This document shows, one piece after another, positions 61,501 to 64,000 of a stretch of DNA of 64,000 bases. The notes under the pieces were generated by a model. That model was not told the origin of the DNA and made no database searches. It saw only the letters and a list, made by a program, of their open reading frames with translations. Each line of letters opens with the position of its first letter. Within the stretch, counting starts at the first letter, position 1. Source of the stretch: Pelagomonas calceolata (lineage: Eukaryota); NCBI GenBank assembly GCA_918797485.1, contig CAKKNE010000005.1, positions 1,674,001 through 1,738,000 on the forward strand. The letters are read 5' to 3'. Position numbers and translations under genes: made by a program.

Positions 61501-64000
61501 TCCTAAACATCTTGCGAGGCCGCCCAAGGCGACGGTCTGATCAGAAACTCCGCACGCGTGTGTGCGTTGAGTTTCTCGATGTATAGCACACTCACGCCAC
61601 CGTCCTCTCGCAGGATTTGTGAAACCCTTTCTAAATAGAACGACGGCCTATGAGTCAACTCTCGTCCTGTTGCAGGATATTATTGACAACTGGTTGAAAG
61701 TGCAAGCCGCCTGGCTTTACCTAGAGCCCATCTTCTCCTCGGACGACATAATGAAGCAGATTCCTACCGAAGGTCGCTTGTTCAAGACGGTGGATGCGAC
61801 TTGGATCGATTCGATGGCGCAAACAGCACAAGAGCCCGCCTTGTTATCCGTGGTGCGGCGACCGAACCTGCTTGAAAGTCTGATTGATGCAAACGTCAAA
61901 CTGGAGATCATCCAAAAAGGACTCTCTGACTACCTGGAGACTAAAAGACTGGCGTTCCCGAGATTCTTTTTCTTGTCGCTGCCTGCGCGAAAATCACCGT
62001 TCTTTCTCTGTCCGGAGAGTAGGCGGAATAACCGCGTTCTGTCGGGTCAGTATCGACGCGACGTTTTACTCTCCACGGTGGCATCGTCGAGCCCCACGCC
62101 ATCGACGCAACACGGTCGCGTGTCACTGTTTGATTTATACGCAGGTCGAACGACGAACTCCTCGAGATCCTGGCTGAAACAAAAGACCCGACAAAAGTCC
62201 AACCGCATTTGAAGAAGTGTGCGGACTCAGCGTCCCTGAAGCTGCCGTCAACTTGGGAACAGTGCATGAATCACACACGCCATCGAGGTGGCTTCCTCCA
62301 AACTTCATGCCAAAAAAGAGATCACCGTGGACTCTCGGGACAGTGCCCACGCAGGCTTCGACGGCGTCGCTGCACTCGAATTCACCGACCGCCTGGACAT
62401 TTTGTCGTGTTACGACGGCCCCGTAGATCGGAGTGAACGTCTAGAGTTCTCGTACGGTCCGTGCCATCACAGACCAATTAATCCGCGAGACAGCGGAGGT
62501 AACGTCGAGAAGTGGCTCGTAGAAGTGGAGAGCATAATGAAAAAGTCTCTCGCGTTTGCAATAGACGAGTCTTTAGTTGACTACGCAAGGGCCAAGAGAT
62601 CGGACTGGCTTCAGAGCTGGCAAGGTCAGACCGTGCTCACGGTGAATCAGATTACGTGGGTTGTTGCTGTTGAGGCGGCTATCATCCAAGGTGGAAATGC
62701 GATGGAGGTCCTTTATGAACAACGGCGCGGCGAGCTCCTTGACGTCGTTAAGTCTGTCCGCGGCAATATATCCAAGATGCTTCGGAACACCCTCGGTGCA
62801 TTAGTAGTGATGGACGTACACAATCGCGACATCACCGAATGGTTGTCAGAAACATCAATCTGTGCCGTGTCCGAATTTGACTGGCAGGCGCAGCTGCGGT
62901 ACTACTGGGCCGATGCTGGCGCGTCGTCGCAAACGGGCAGGCCAGAGACCATTTCTTGCCGCATGATCAATGCCATGATCTTATATGCATATGAGTACAT
63001 AGGGAACTGCGGAAGGCTTGTGATTACACCCTTGACAGATAGATGCTACCGCACGCTGATGGGCGCTATTCATCTCAACTTAGGTGGAGCTCCTGAGGGT
63101 CCCGCAGGCACCGGTAAAACGGAGACCACCAAAGATTTGGGCAAAGCCATCGCTATTCAATGTGTGGTGACGAACTGCTCGGACGGGCTGGACTATAAAG
63201 CGATGGCCAAGTTCTTCAAGGGGCTAGCCGCCTCTGGTGCCTGGGCCTGTTTTGATGAGTTCAACCGTATTATCCTAGAAGTTTTGTCTGTCGTGGCGCA
63301 GCAAGTGCTGACCATTCAGCAAGCAAAAGCGAGGCAGGCGGAGCGGTTCATGTTCGAGGGCACGGACCTCCCTCTGCGAATGACTTGTTGTCCTTTCATC
63401 ACGATGAACCCTGGCTATGCCGGTCGAGCGGAACTCCCGGACAACCTCAAAGTACTCTTTAGGACTGTGGCGATGATGGTGCCGGACTACGCGATGATCG
63501 GCGAGATCATCCTGTACTCCATGGGGTATACCGATGCGAAAGCCATGGCCGTCAAGATCGTTACGACCTACAAATTGTGCAGCGAGCAGCTCAGTGCGCA
63601 GTCGCACTACGACTATGGCATGCGCGCCGTCATCGCGGTTCTCAGGGCTTCGGGCAATTTGAAACGAAGCGAGGGCCACCTTCCGGAGGACATCTTGGTT
63701 TTGAGAGCCATTATTGATGTCAATGCGCCGAAGTTTTTAGCACCGGACGTGCCCCTGTTCAACGGCATCACGTCTGACTTGTTCCCGGGCGTCAAATTGC
63801 CGGAGCCGGACCGCCAGGCCATGCAGTCGAAGTCAAACGAAAGTTGCGTCGAGCGCAACCTGCAACTCACGGACTACTTCTGGGGCAAGATTGTGCAGAT
63901 CTACGACATGATGGTCGTGCGGCACGGCTTCATGATCGTCGGGGCGCCGTTCTCGGGCAAGACGTCCGCTTATAGAGTCTTAGCCGACGCCTTAAGTAAG
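58580..64000 (+). CDS. Axonemal dynein heavy chain (single-headed inner-arm type), runs off the window; introns 61488-61613, 61975-62144, 62219-62354
   Basis: DHC linker motifs ([51 protein letters not shown]), [21 protein letters not shown]1 [19 protein letters not shown]2 GAPFSGKT. Confidence 0.97.

Overview
Eukaryotic nuclear DNA from a photosynthetic, flagellate-type alga. An ochrophyte stramenopile, probably pelagophyte-like, is inferred from signal-peptide-bearing plastid FNR and RPS1, short introns with frequent GC donors, and ciliary genes. About 16 intron-containing or single-exon genes are present: SPT16, a BFR1-like coiled-coil protein, plastid RPS1, a DUF6492-like protein, FNR, RPL30, a WDR60-like protein, a giant GAF/C2-like protein, CC2D2A, THOC5, VAP, a CFAP52-like WD40 protein, an FAD oxidoreductase and the 5' part of an axonemal dynein heavy chain. 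The intergenic DNA holds several dispersed, partly hairpin-forming repeat families and a 1.2 kb fold-back. The most striking signal is a family of 8-mers saturating the intergenic DNA that all obey one rule, d-C-revcomp(d)-G-d, where d is any dinucleotide (e.g. AG-C-CT-G-AG, CA-C-TG-G-CA, TC-C-GA-G-TC, TT-C-AA-G-TT, AT-C-AT-G-AT). Alignments of repeat copies inside the window show these words as precise 6-bp presence/absence differences. I infer they are hairpin-type excision footprints of a 2-bp-TSD, C...G-ended DNA transposon. A second class of word clusters (TA-CCG-TA / TA-CC-TA) looks like stacked Tc1/mariner footprints just upstream of start codons. Exon boundaries were read by eye and family assignments come from motif recognition, not from database searches.
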